This document shows, piece by piece, positions 9,307 through 18,767 of a DNA stretch of 64,000 nt. The DNA is from a virus. Within the stretch, counting starts at the first letter, position 1, and each line of letters starts with the position of its first letter. Under the pieces are notes generated by a model that worked only from the letters and a program-made list of their open reading frames with translations, was not told the origin of the DNA and ran no database searches. The stretch lies in the IMG/VR virus record IMGVR_UViG_3300042301_003793. One strand, given 5' to 3'. Both the position numbers and the translations under genes were made by a program.

Positions 9307-10287
9307 TTAGTTTTTTGTTTTTTCAATATAAGATTTCATAACATCAATATATTTTATTGTTGTACTATTAGAATCTATGTAATTAAAGTGGCTTTCATTT
9401 TCACGTAGTTTTTCAATTGGGTCAACATTTATATAATCGCCTTTATAAAATTTTGTGGATTTAAGGGTATCGGTTACACCCGCCATATGAAGAATAGGCA
9501 TTTTTTCATATTTTTCTATGTTGTCTGTTGCCCAAGAAAAATCAAGTTCATTTGTAATTTCAGTTTTATAATCAAATAACCATAAATTCCAAAGTAATGA
9601 CCACATTTCAGCTGTCCAAAATTGTATCTGACCAGGGTTGATTGGAAATCTTCTTTGGTAGTCTAACATTTGATTATATAGTGGTGTACAGTCATCATAA
9701 ACTTTTTTCCAAAACTCTGAATTTGTATTTTTTATAAGATATTGACCGCCACCAGAATTTTTTTGATTTTCTTTTATTACATCAACATCTATTCCTACAA
9801 CACTGGCCATTTCTTTTATTAGTTGTCCTTTTTCTGAATTTGGGTGTCTAGTTTCGTAGTTGTTACAACAATACATAATATAATCATAACCAATATATCC
9901 AATTGTGTCGGACAAATAACTTATATCATCTTTAACTAAACTTTTAAAGTCTGGTAGTGTTCTGAAAATAATATCAGCATCGTGTAAAAATATTTTTTTA
10001 CCCAGTTTTGGGAACTCTTTTAGCCATTGTGAAACAAGGTATGGTTTTATACTAGGTATGTAAGATTTTACATCTCTATTGTCTTCATAAAAATGTATAT
10101 TAACACCTAATTCCTTTAACTCTAAAGCACCTTTACTTGGTTCTTTAATTCCGTGAACAAGAGCTAATAAAACGTGTATTTGTTTTGGTTTAATTCCTTT
10201 TTCTATGAAATTATGAACATATAGTTTAATTTGCCAATGAAAATATGGAACGTCTGGTTGTGCAGTTACAAATACAATATCTTTCAT
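9307..10287 (-). CDS. GT-A glycosyltransferase, SERGT1/HPAT-like (GT96/GT95-like) protein O-glycosyltransferase
   Basis: Ordered motifs YFHWQ..HNF..KG, Y-x-P-x-I-K-P..WL, LHDADIIFR (DxD), GYIG, GG, WTAEMW and PILH parallel those I recall for plant peptidyl-serine galactosyltransferase. Confidence 0.7.
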   Translation of the reverse strand: MKDIVFVTAQPDVPYFHWQIKLYVHNFIEKGIKPKQIHVLLALVHGIKEPSKGALELKELGVNIHFYEDNRDVKSYIPSIKPYLVSQWLKEFPKLGKKIFLHDADIIFRTLPDFKSLVKDDISYLSDTIGYIGYDYIMYCCNNYETRHPNSEKGQLIKEMASVVGIDVDVIKENQKNSGGGQYLIKNTNSEFWKKVYDDCTPLYNQMLDYQRRFPINPGQIQFWTAEMWSLLWNLWLFDYKTEITNELDFSWATDNIEKYEKMPILHMAGVTDTLKSTKFYKGDYINVDPIEKLRENESHFNYIDSNSTTIKYIDVMKSYIEKTKN

Positions 10288-10316
10288 ACTAAAAAAGTAT
10301 AAAGGATTGTTTTATT

Positions 10317-11537
10317 TTATAAATAATATAATACTTCAGCAGTTCCTAAAAATGTCGCACTCGCACTTAGTGGTGTTATACATACCCACATTTCATCAAG
10401 TGTTCCATTAACATTAGAACCAACTCTAATTTGATTGTCATCCACTTTAATCGTTGTAAGTGCTGATGTTCCTAATTCACCAATTAAGGATGACATAATG
10501 TGACCTGGTGATGTTATTGTTGCTGTCACAGTTCCGTTGTAAATTGAATATTGGAATGGTGAATTTGGTATATCGGTCCAACTTGGGGTTACAGACAATG
10601 TGGGGTTAAACTCAATAGTCACCAAGTAATTATCATTTGTGGTGTTTAAAATACTCAAACTACTATATTGTGATGTCACTGATTTATAACCTTGTTTAAG
10701 TCTATAACCAATATATGGGTATTTTGTACCTGACGAATTTAAATCTGCGTTTGTTGCGTTTTGAATACCTACAGTGGAGTACAACCCGTTTAATGCCCCT
10801 TCTGTTGATACTTGTGAACATATCATATCAAAATATCCAGAACCAACCCCAACCTGTCTTATTTCGTACCTGATAGGTTGATTTGGTGATGACATATAAA
10901 CATTTGGTTCATTATTTGCACAATTGTGTTCTGTAAAATAAAATAATTGTCCTGCGATATCCAAACCGAATCTCATTCTACCAACACCTAACCATTGATA
11001 ATCAACCGACATTAAATTAGTGTTAGACCAATTTATTCCTACTGGGTCAAACCCATTATTATCCCACACTGTTGTTGCGGCACTATATACCGTTGTACCC
11101 GACCTCCATATCTGAAAACTTATAGTGTTTGTGACTCCATTACTTTCTAAAAAGAATCCATCAAATACTGAATTATATGTGGATGCGGTTGTTGATGTGA
11201 ACCCACCAACTCTTTTTATAACATTTGTCTCTAATTGGAAGTTTGAGAAACTCGCTTGAAATAATTGACTCTTACCTGGTTGATAAATTGGGTGTGTTTT
11301 ACCTTGTCTAATTACCAAATCATTATTTGCGGATGTTGACATTCTAACTCTAGCATACTCTTGATTAAAAATAGAAGTTGCGGTTCCTGCTGTAACTTCG
11401 TTTATTTGTAATGGATTTTTATCATAGACGTGTTTTATATCCACTAAATTTTGTACGGCTGCTGTTCTTAATCTACCAAACGCATCAAGGTTTGGGCTAT
11501 CTGAATAAGAAACTTTATTATTAAAAATGAAACTCAT
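10317..11537 (-). CDS. Virion structural protein of the DAFGRLR-motif family (probable lectin-like beta-sandwich)
   Basis: NLDAFGRLRT motif near the N-terminus, YQPGK, WLGVG; start reassigned to ATG 11537 (ATGA overlap with the upstream fibre gene). Confidence 0.6.
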   Translation of the reverse strand: MSFIFNNKVSYSDSPNLDAFGRLRTAAVQNLVDIKHVYDKNPLQINEVTAGTATSIFNQEYARVRMSTSANNDLVIRQGKTHPIYQPGKSQLFQASFSNFQLETNVIKRVGGFTSTTASTYNSVFDGFFLESNGVTNTISFQIWRSGTTVYSAATTVWDNNGFDPVGINWSNTNLMSVDYQWLGVGRMRFGLDIAGQLFYFTEHNCANNEPNVYMSSPNQPIRYEIRQVGVGSGYFDMICSQVSTEGALNGLYSTVGIQNATNADLNSSGTKYPYIGYRLKQGYKSVTSQYSSLSILNTTNDNYLVTIEFNPTLSVTPSWTDIPNSPFQYSIYNGTVTATITSPGHIMSSLIGELGTSALTTIKVDDNQIRVGSNVNGTLDEMWVCITPLSASATFLGTAEVLYYL

Positions 11538-13234
11538 ATTATCCACCAATTATTATTTCTTGCCACAAATGTAAGTGACATATAGTTTATGTTCATATCT
11601 ATATAAGTATTACCATCTATTAAACCAGTTGTTGGTGTTACCCTTATTCTATAAGAACCTGCAGTTCCTCTTTCGTCTTTTATTTTAAAATTAAAACCAT
11701 CTAAACTTAATGGACTAGGAATTTGTATATCAGTATCACCACTATAAGTTACACCGTAATATGTGAAATTTGTTGATGCGGTATATCCTGATACCGAAAC
11801 ACTTGTTGTGTTTATATATGATGGTTGTGCTGTTTTATATTTTACAACACCTGTTGCGGAATCTCTTACTAAATAATCAGTTAAAGATTGATCCAAAATT
11901 GGTGTATCCTGTAATGCTAAATAATTTACGTGTAGGGTACAAGCAGAAACAGATTTAACATCTTTACCTACAGCACTTGATAAAATATGGTTTACTGTGT
12001 TACCAGAACCTCCTAAAATAGATGAATAACTACATAGTGTTGTATTTAATCTACCACCACCAACAAACGATCTACATCCAGAAGTTTTGTTTGTATCACC
12101 TCCAGCAATTGTTGAGTTTAGACTTAAGGCTTCATTTCCAACACCACCACCAATTGTTGAGTAACATGACGCGGTATTGCTACCACCACCACTTACTGTT
12201 GAAAACAGTGTTGCTGTATTATTACCACCACCGGCAACAGTAGAGTAGTCTTGATTTGTGACGTTGAATGTACCTCCATTTATTGAATTTGCATAACCAG
12301 ATGCTGAGTTTCCCAAACCACCAGAAACAACCGAATAAATTCCTGATACCGTATTGTAGTAACCACCTGAAATTGTGGTATAAATTGCTGAAGTTGTATT
12401 ACAATATCCACCACTTATTGTTGACATACAACCATTTGTTGTATTACAATATCCACCGCCGATTGTTGAATAATTACCATTTGTTGTATTTCTAACACCA
12501 CCACTAATTGTTTGACCATTGTAATATGAAGAAAGTGTTGTATTAAAAGTTCCTCCAGCAATTGTATTTCCATAACTATCAGAGTAAGCACTATAAGATG
12601 ATATTGTGTTAAAAGAACCGCCACCAATCGTTGACCCATAAACACAATAACTTCCAGATGTTGTTATTGTGTCTATTTTATTTAAACATCCTCCTCCGAT
12701 TAAACTTGAGCACGTATCTACTATTGTATTTCCTTCACCTCCACCTATTACTGAAACACCTCCAAACACCACGTTACAAAACCCACCACTAATTGTTGTG
12801 TAATTATTTAGAGCTGTATTACAACCACTTGTATTAAAGCTTCCGCCACCAACTATTGATCCTTCACCACCGGTTGTATTATTTTGACCACCACTAATAG
12901 TACCAAGAAGATCTATTGATTTGTTATTCAATCCGCCAGAAACAACGGCCCAATATCCACTAGCTGTGTTACAAAACCCACCACTTACTAATGAACAATT
13001 ACCACTAGCATCATTATTAAAACCAACTCTCTGTGTTGAGTCTGTGCCAAGTCCTACTTCATATAATTGTGTATTTCCAGTAAATCCAGATAATATTGCG
13101 TCAGATACTTGTTGTATTGTTGCTTTATATGATGAACCAGCTGGATTTTGTGATGTATCACCAGTAATCACAATATGTATTAAATCTTGTAATGTAACTC
13201 CTGTTGCTAATGTTCTGTCGGTAAGAAATGCCAT
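11534..13234 (-). CDS. Tail fibre/spike with about 21 Gly-rich 15-aa repeats (S-T-I-x-G-G-x-x-N)
   Basis: Tandem STIGGGxxNT repeats (trimeric beta-helix/YadA-head-like); short N-terminal anchor and a C-terminal domain ending NNNWWII. Confidence 0.75.
   Translation of the reverse strand: MAFLTDRTLATGVTLQDLIHIVITGDTSQNPAGSSYKATIQQVSDAILSGFTGNTQLYEVGLGTDSTQRVGFNNDASGNCSLVSGGFCNTASGYWAVVSGGLNNKSIDLLGTISGGQNNTTGGEGSIVGGGSFNTSGCNTALNNYTTISGGFCNVVFGGVSVIGGGEGNTIVDTCSSLIGGGCLNKIDTITTSGSYCVYGSTIGGGSFNTISSYSAYSDSYGNTIAGGTFNTTLSSYYNGQTISGGVRNTTNGNYSTIGGGYCNTTNGCMSTISGGYCNTTSAIYTTISGGYYNTVSGIYSVVSGGLGNSASGYANSINGGTFNVTNQDYSTVAGGGNNTATLFSTVSGGGSNTASCYSTIGGGVGNEALSLNSTIAGGDTNKTSGCRSFVGGGRLNTTLCSYSSILGGSGNTVNHILSSAVGKDVKSVSACTLHVNYLALQDTPILDQSLTDYLVRDSATGVVKYKTAQPSYINTTSVSVSGYTASTNFTYYGVTYSGDTDIQIPSPLSLDGFNFKIKDERGTAGSYRIRVTPTTGLIDGNTYIDMNINYMSLTFVARNNNWWII
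11970..13010 (-). repeat. Degenerate ~45-bp / 15-aa coding repeat array
   Basis: Repeated GGxxN units such as STIGGGYCNTTNGCM, STISGGYCNTTSAIY and TTISGGYYNTVSGIY. Confidence 0.8.
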
Positions 13235-13267
13235 CTATAGTTTTATTTATAAATACATTAAGTTTTA

Positions 13268-13564
13268 TTATTGGAACTGATAAATTTGATAATCCATAAA
13301 GAAGAAGTCGTCACCATCTTGATATTGTTTTTCAACTGGTTCAGCTTCAATACAAATAAGTGTTATTAATTTTTCACAACCAGTAGAATCAATCAGTTTT
13401 AAACCTATGGCTGGTGCTGTATCAAATTGTGATGGTAAGGTTATTGTAACTGGCGTTGTTATTATTTCACCAATATAAAAACATTGATTACCATAAACAT
13501 CACAAGCGTAACCACTAAATGGTGGTACTAAACCAGTTATTGAATTTATAGTTAAATTTGTCAT
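13268..13564 (-). CDS. Small Cys-containing fibre adaptor (98 aa), paralog of 2125..2346 with extra C-terminal peptide
   Basis: Same module as 2125..2346 plus tail KQYQDGDDFFFMDYQIYQFQ; ATG at 13564. Confidence 0.65.
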   Translation of the reverse strand: MTNLTINSITGLVPPFSGYACDVYGNQCFYIGEIITTPVTITLPSQFDTAPAIGLKLIDSTGCEKLITLICIEAEPVEKQYQDGDDFFFMDYQIYQFQ

Positions 13565-13566
13565 AA

Positions 13567-15765
13567 TCAATCACAAGAAACACAAGATATATTATATTCT
13601 ATTACTAGATTTGAGATGATTTTTGTATCATTTAATAAATTATACGTTTCCTTTCTACAATTTTTTTCAATTTCACTACAATCATTTGTTATAGTAATTT
13701 TATTATTTGTGTAATCAATAATAACTTCACCGATACCAACAAATGTTTCTAAAATGTTTTTTAATCCAAGTCCCCAGTCTTGGTCATTTGGAAAGTCATT
13801 AAGTCCGTTTGATATATAAAATATGTCTTGTTTTGTTTCTGTACCAACTGTAACCTGGACACTAAATTTAGCTTCATTTACAATGCAGTTTGTATCACCT
13901 GAAGTTAAATCATAGAACCCCTCGTTAAACATTTGTTTAATTCCTCTTTTTCCTATTAGTTCAGAATTTTGGAAATTACCCTCACAGATTTCAAAAGTTG
14001 TGTATGTTCCTAAAATTTCTGTACCTTTTAATTTTGTTGTTCTAGTAAATGAACATCCATTAGAATCGATTACGGTACAAGAATATGTCCCAGATGTTAG
14101 ACCGGTAATAATAAGACCAGTTTGTAATCCCACATTTCCTGTCCAATTAAATGTAAATGGTGGTGTTCCACTTGTAATTAGAACATCTATTTCACCATCA
14201 TTTCCAAAAACAGGATTAAAGGTTACAAAGTCAAAATAAACACTACTTGATGGTGCAATAAATATTGGTTTGTACTGAACACATCCAGTACTATCTGTAA
14301 CAGATAATGTGTAGTTTCCAGATGGTAGACCATTAAAATTACCATTAAACTGAAAAGGTATATTTGTAGGTCCAGTTAAACTATAAACTATTGGAAATGT
14401 TGCACCGCTTGAAACAGAGACACTGAATTTTCCATTTGAAAGGCCACAAGTTGTCCCAGTTGTTGATGCCGAAATTACAAATTTATCAACAGATGAAATA
14501 CTTGTTGTCCCAGTGTAAACACAGCCTAAGTTATTATCAATAAATAAAGTATATGAGCCATTACCTAGTGAGGCGAATTGTTTATAAACCCCACCAACTA
14601 TGTTTGATATATATGTTCCATTTGCACCAGATAATGTGAATGTATAATTTCCACTTCCAATACCATTATTAATATAAACATCTAAAATACCATTATTTGC
14701 ATTACAATTTGAATTTGTTGTTATTAAATCAACCGAAGCAAACGAATTTGGTGGTGAAAGTGTGTACTGACCAGTTACGGTACATAGTGCCGAATCTGTA
14801 ACGGAGAATGAAAATTGACCAGAAGATAAACCAGTAAATGTATAGTTTGTATCAAAAGTTACTGAAACATCATTGTTTGATCCACTATAATAATATGGTG
14901 CCGTTCCACCATCTATCACAACACTTAATTCACCATCTGGTTGTAAACAAGTTGGTTGTTGTGTTATAACACTTATAATTTGAATAGGTTGTACCTCATC
15001 TATTTGTATATAATCAACATTTGTACACCCTTCGGAATTTGTAATTTCAACAGGGTAAAGACCTTGTGTTAAACCCGTTACAGTAGTTCCAGTTTGTCCA
15101 TTAACATTGGCTAACCAATTTATTGTATAAGCACTTGTTGGGCTTGTAAGACCAGTAATGTATATTTTTCCATTATTAATTCCTGGTACACACCCAGCCG
15201 AATTTACCTTATAATACCCAAATGTAAAATTTGTAGAAGACCTAATCACACAAGATTCTGAAGTACCAGAACAACCACCATTATCAAACGCATCAACGTA
15301 ATAAGAATCTGGTGAAAGGTTGTTAAAAACAACATAGTTTTGTAATGTCGATGTGGTACCACTATCAATGTAATTATTTAAAATGTCGTATAAATATATT
15401 TCGGTTCCATTAACATATGTTTCAGTAGTTGCCGTTATAGAGCCGTTATTAAGATTACAAGTTGTTCCTTCACAAGTAAGTGAAACTGTTACACCAGATG
15501 AAATTGTAAAAGATAGGTATTGTATTGTTGGTGGTAAATCAGAGTCCTGAATTGTTAAATTATAATTCCCAACTGGTAAATTATTAACATAATAAAAAGG
15601 GTCTAAAGATGTAACCGCTGAGGTTGGTAATAAACCACTAACACTAGGACCTTCATAGACAATCCAATCAGGACTACCTCCAACTATTTCAAATTGTAGA
15701 ACACCAGAAGATGTATTACTACAATCGCCTGTTATTAATATTGATGGAAATGTTATAAAACTCAT
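13567..15765 (-). CDS. SprB-repeat virion protein (about 7 repeats)
   Basis: Repeated C-x(2-5)-N/DG-x-I/L...GG-x-x-PY...GL-x-x-G-x-Y-x-x-x-V-x-D-x-x-GC units of about 85 aa; start reassigned to ATG 15765 (ATGA overlap). Confidence 0.75.
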   Translation of the reverse strand: MSFITFPSILITGDCSNTSSGVLQFEIVGGSPDWIVYEGPSVSGLLPTSAVTSLDPFYYVNNLPVGNYNLTIQDSDLPPTIQYLSFTISSGVTVSLTCEGTTCNLNNGSITATTETYVNGTEIYLYDILNNYIDSGTTSTLQNYVVFNNLSPDSYYVDAFDNGGCSGTSESCVIRSSTNFTFGYYKVNSAGCVPGINNGKIYITGLTSPTSAYTINWLANVNGQTGTTVTGLTQGLYPVEITNSEGCTNVDYIQIDEVQPIQIISVITQQPTCLQPDGELSVVIDGGTAPYYYSGSNNDVSVTFDTNYTFTGLSSGQFSFSVTDSALCTVTGQYTLSPPNSFASVDLITTNSNCNANNGILDVYINNGIGSGNYTFTLSGANGTYISNIVGGVYKQFASLGNGSYTLFIDNNLGCVYTGTTSISSVDKFVISASTTGTTCGLSNGKFSVSVSSGATFPIVYSLTGPTNIPFQFNGNFNGLPSGNYTLSVTDSTGCVQYKPIFIAPSSSVYFDFVTFNPVFGNDGEIDVLITSGTPPFTFNWTGNVGLQTGLIITGLTSGTYSCTVIDSNGCSFTRTTKLKGTEILGTYTTFEICEGNFQNSELIGKRGIKQMFNEGFYDLTSGDTNCIVNEAKFSVQVTVGTETKQDIFYISNGLNDFPNDQDWGLGLKNILETFVGIGEVIIDYTNNKITITNDCSEIEKNCRKETYNLLNDTKIISNLVIEYNISCVSCD

Positions 15766-18700
15766 TGTTCTGCACAAAGTATAGTAAAGTTTATACCTAG
15801 CTCAAGTGTAAAGATATCTTCATCGTCGAAAGGTGTACAATTAACATTATAAATAGTTAAAATTTCACTATTAACATTAATATCATACGTATATCCATCG
15901 TTTTCAATTTCTGTTAGTATTGTTTCAACACCAGTAATCCATTCCGAATCAGTTGGGTAATTTTGGTACCCATAAGTTTCACTAAATAAATCACTTGACA
16001 ATGTTATACCATTTAATTTTGATATCACATACCATTGAACATATAGGGTATTAAGTTGGCACTGATCTAAATTAGATAGTCCTTGACTTTCTAAATAAGA
16101 ATTTAAAGCGGTTGTTAGTAAAACACCAAATCTACCACCGATAGGGTTGTATGTCCAAGGATATAGTCCACATCTAAGGAATTGTGTTGGGCAATCGTAT
16201 GCAAATAACTGGGTTACTAATGAACAAGGTTTACAAGGAATCGGTACAATTTTACAACCAAATTGTCTTCTCCACACAAATTTTTGTCTATGGAATATTG
16301 AATTTTCTAATCTAACTCCGGTGTTCCAAATTGTTGTTGCTGGAACCATTTGTTCTACTAGTCTTATCCAGTAATCACCAATACCATTAATGTAGTCCAA
16401 CATTGTTTGATAATTAAAATTATCATTTTTAATTCCTGCTAATTGTTGTGACTCTAAATATTTCCAATATATTGACGATAGTGTTGGGTAACCACCTGTC
16501 TTACCATCTGTAATAAATTGTCTATTTCTAACGTTAATCATATTTCGCCAGAAAGTTTGTGCAAATTCAAAAAAAGTTTTTTCTTTTGGTTTTGGTACAA
16601 TTTCAGTCCAATCTATACCACCTCTTTTTGGGTAAGGTGTGTTTGGATTTGGGTTACAATAAGTTGGCTGTACATAATTTAAACCTTCGTTTGGAATTGG
16701 AAAATTATATTGTCTTGACATGCTCCAAACATCATATACCAAACCAAAACTTGGGTTCAACATAACATCAACATTTTTAACATTCAAAACAAGACAGTCA
16801 TCTGAAGCATAATAATAAGCATTAAAATTACCATCAGAACTTTTTCTCAAATCACTTTCATTATCGTACCAACTTTTTTTGTTATCTATAACTCTTCTAA
16901 GTCTAAATCCTAAATCCATATATGGAAACTTCCTATATCTTTCTAGGTATTCTTCACCATAATTAAATGGTAATAGTTGGGTTTGATAACTAGGATTTGA
17001 ACCAGTGAAAACAGATGTAGTTAAATCTATTTTTTCTGGCATTCTATGTTGTGGTGTTGATTCGAACCATCCACCACCAATTTGGAAATAATAATTTTCA
17101 CTATCCACTGGTGTACTTGGGCAACCAAAACTATCTATTGGGTAATCTTCTCTAGTTAAAGAAATGTCGATTATTTTACTTGAAGTTGTAACCCCGGTAT
17201 ATTGTACACCCATAACAGAATAAACATCTGTTGGGTCCAAAACTGGTATTGATTCAACATATGTCCCTGTAGCAACAATGCTAAATTTAGAATCAAATTC
17301 GTTTATATTAATTCTTTGATCCGCAATATAAATGTACTCGTTGAAGTCAACTAGAAATTCTGGTGCTCCAACCAACCTTAAAAGTATTTCTATAGATTTT
17401 CTAGTTCCTTTTGATTTGAAAAGAAATGCCGAATTTAAAATTAAATTTCTAAAGTACTGGTAGTTTATTTCATCTGGTGTCTTACCTACTGGTACGCCAC
17501 TAAAACCACTTTCACTTGTACTAAAAACAGAGTTTAAGAAATTCTCTTCAGTGATTGGTGACATATTTATTTTCCAACCTAATGTTTCGGCTAAATTCTT
17601 AAGTAATTGTGATGGTATATCATTTTTAACATTATACCTAACTGAGTTCATTGTTGATAGAGCATCAATAAATGTTTTAGTTTCATCAAAACTTCTTCCA
17701 TAGATTTGCAGTACTTTTTCAACTTTTTTATCTACAGTATCAAATTCTTTTATGGATGCTGTTGTTAAAAACCTAGAAATTAAATTTGTTTTATATAAAT
17801 CAAGACTTGTTGCAAAACTGTTAAGTTCGGACAAATAATTATCAAATGACCTAGTTTGTAAATCTAAATTCCAAGGACCGTTTTTTGGAAATCTTAATGC
17901 TTTATAACTGAACGTAAAAGTACCATCTTCATTTTCAATTGGTACTGAAAAATAAGATGTATAGATTGGTGTGTTATTTCTATTTAATAAGAAATTTTCT
18001 ACCTCATCAAAATCTTCGTTAAAAACTTTATTAACATAAAAATCACTAGGTCTAACTATTATATTGTCGTAACTAACCGAATTACCAGAAAATGCGTTCC
18101 CTTCGACATAAATTGTTAAGACCTGGTCTCCATTTGTTACTGGTACAATTTCATTTATTGGGTAATGTTTATCATCAACAATAACTACATATTTTGAATA
18201 GTTAGTTTTTAAATTTCTTAAAGTTGAAATAGATAATTCAGTAGCTTGGAAATTTTTTTCAGCATTAACTGTAAAATCAATTCCAAATGGATTATTAATA
18301 TTTTCTAACTCTAACTCAAGTTTTGTTTCGTTTTCAACAGAATTGTAAACAATATTTATTGCTGTTGTTCCAGTTAAGTAATTTATTCTTGGGTTTGTAA
18401 CTTCAAGAGCTGCTGGAAAAAAATTAATTATCTTTTTAATCGAAGCCGAAAATCTTAGTACCAAAGAACCATATAATGTAAAGTTTGTAACTTGAGATAA
18501 ATCGTAATTTGGATATACCTGGAAATTATTTGCAATAATCATTTTTGATTCTTCGACATTAGATATATTCATAGTGTCGAGTGAAATTGGGTCTGAAAAC
18601 GAACCAATCTCAAAATTCCTATCTTGTTTTTCTGTAATATTAGTTGTGAAGGCAAAATTTGCTTGGGTAAGTCCACCACCATCAACTAATTGTAAACCAA

Positions 18701-18767
18701 CTAGATTGTCAGAAAAGGATCCTTGACCGGATGCTTGTGGTGGGCATGTAAACTTATTTATAGCCAT
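15762..18767 (-). CDS. Baseplate wedge/structural protein (P2 gpI/T4 gp7-like core)
   Basis: IPSQLLKNLAETLGW...LFKSKGTRKSIEILLRLVG matches the gpI-type L-x-x-LA..W..KGT..I..L pattern. Confidence 0.6.
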   Translation of the reverse strand: MAINKFTCPPQASGQGSFSDNLVGLQLVDGGGLTQANFAFTTNITEKQDRNFEIGSFSDPISLDTMNISNVEESKMIIANNFQVYPNYDLSQVTNFTLYGSLVLRFSASIKKIINFFPAALEVTNPRINYLTGTTAINIVYNSVENETKLELELENINNPFGIDFTVNAEKNFQATELSISTLRNLKTNYSKYVVIVDDKHYPINEIVPVTNGDQVLTIYVEGNAFSGNSVSYDNIIVRPSDFYVNKVFNEDFDEVENFLLNRNNTPIYTSYFSVPIENEDGTFTFSYKALRFPKNGPWNLDLQTRSFDNYLSELNSFATSLDLYKTNLISRFLTTASIKEFDTVDKKVEKVLQIYGRSFDETKTFIDALSTMNSVRYNVKNDIPSQLLKNLAETLGWKINMSPITEENFLNSVFSTSESGFSGVPVGKTPDEINYQYFRNLILNSAFLFKSKGTRKSIEILLRLVGAPEFLVDFNEYIYIADQRININEFDSKFSIVATGTYVESIPVLDPTDVYSVMGVQYTGVTTSSKIIDISLTREDYPIDSFGCPSTPVDSENYYFQIGGGWFESTPQHRMPEKIDLTTSVFTGSNPSYQTQLLPFNYGEEYLERYRKFPYMDLGFRLRRVIDNKKSWYDNESDLRKSSDGNFNAYYYASDDCLVLNVKNVDVMLNPSFGLVYDVWSMSRQYNFPIPNEGLNYVQPTYCNPNPNTPYPKRGGIDWTEIVPKPKEKTFFEFAQTFWRNMINVRNRQFITDGKTGGYPTLSSIYWKYLESQQLAGIKNDNFNYQTMLDYINGIGDYWIRLVEQMVPATTIWNTGVRLENSIFHRQKFVWRRQFGCKIVPIPCKPCSLVTQLFAYDCPTQFLRCGLYPWTYNPIGGRFGVLLTTALNSYLESQGLSNLDQCQLNTLYVQWYVISKLNGITLSSDLFSETYGYQNYPTDSEWITGVETILTEIENDGYTYDINVNSEILTIYNVNCTPFDDEDIFTLELGINFTILCAEQ

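Noticed and set aside
11970-13010. Diversity-generating retroelement template/variable repeat
   Set aside because: The repeats are degenerate protein-level units; no reverse transcriptase and no adenine-specific repeat pair seen.
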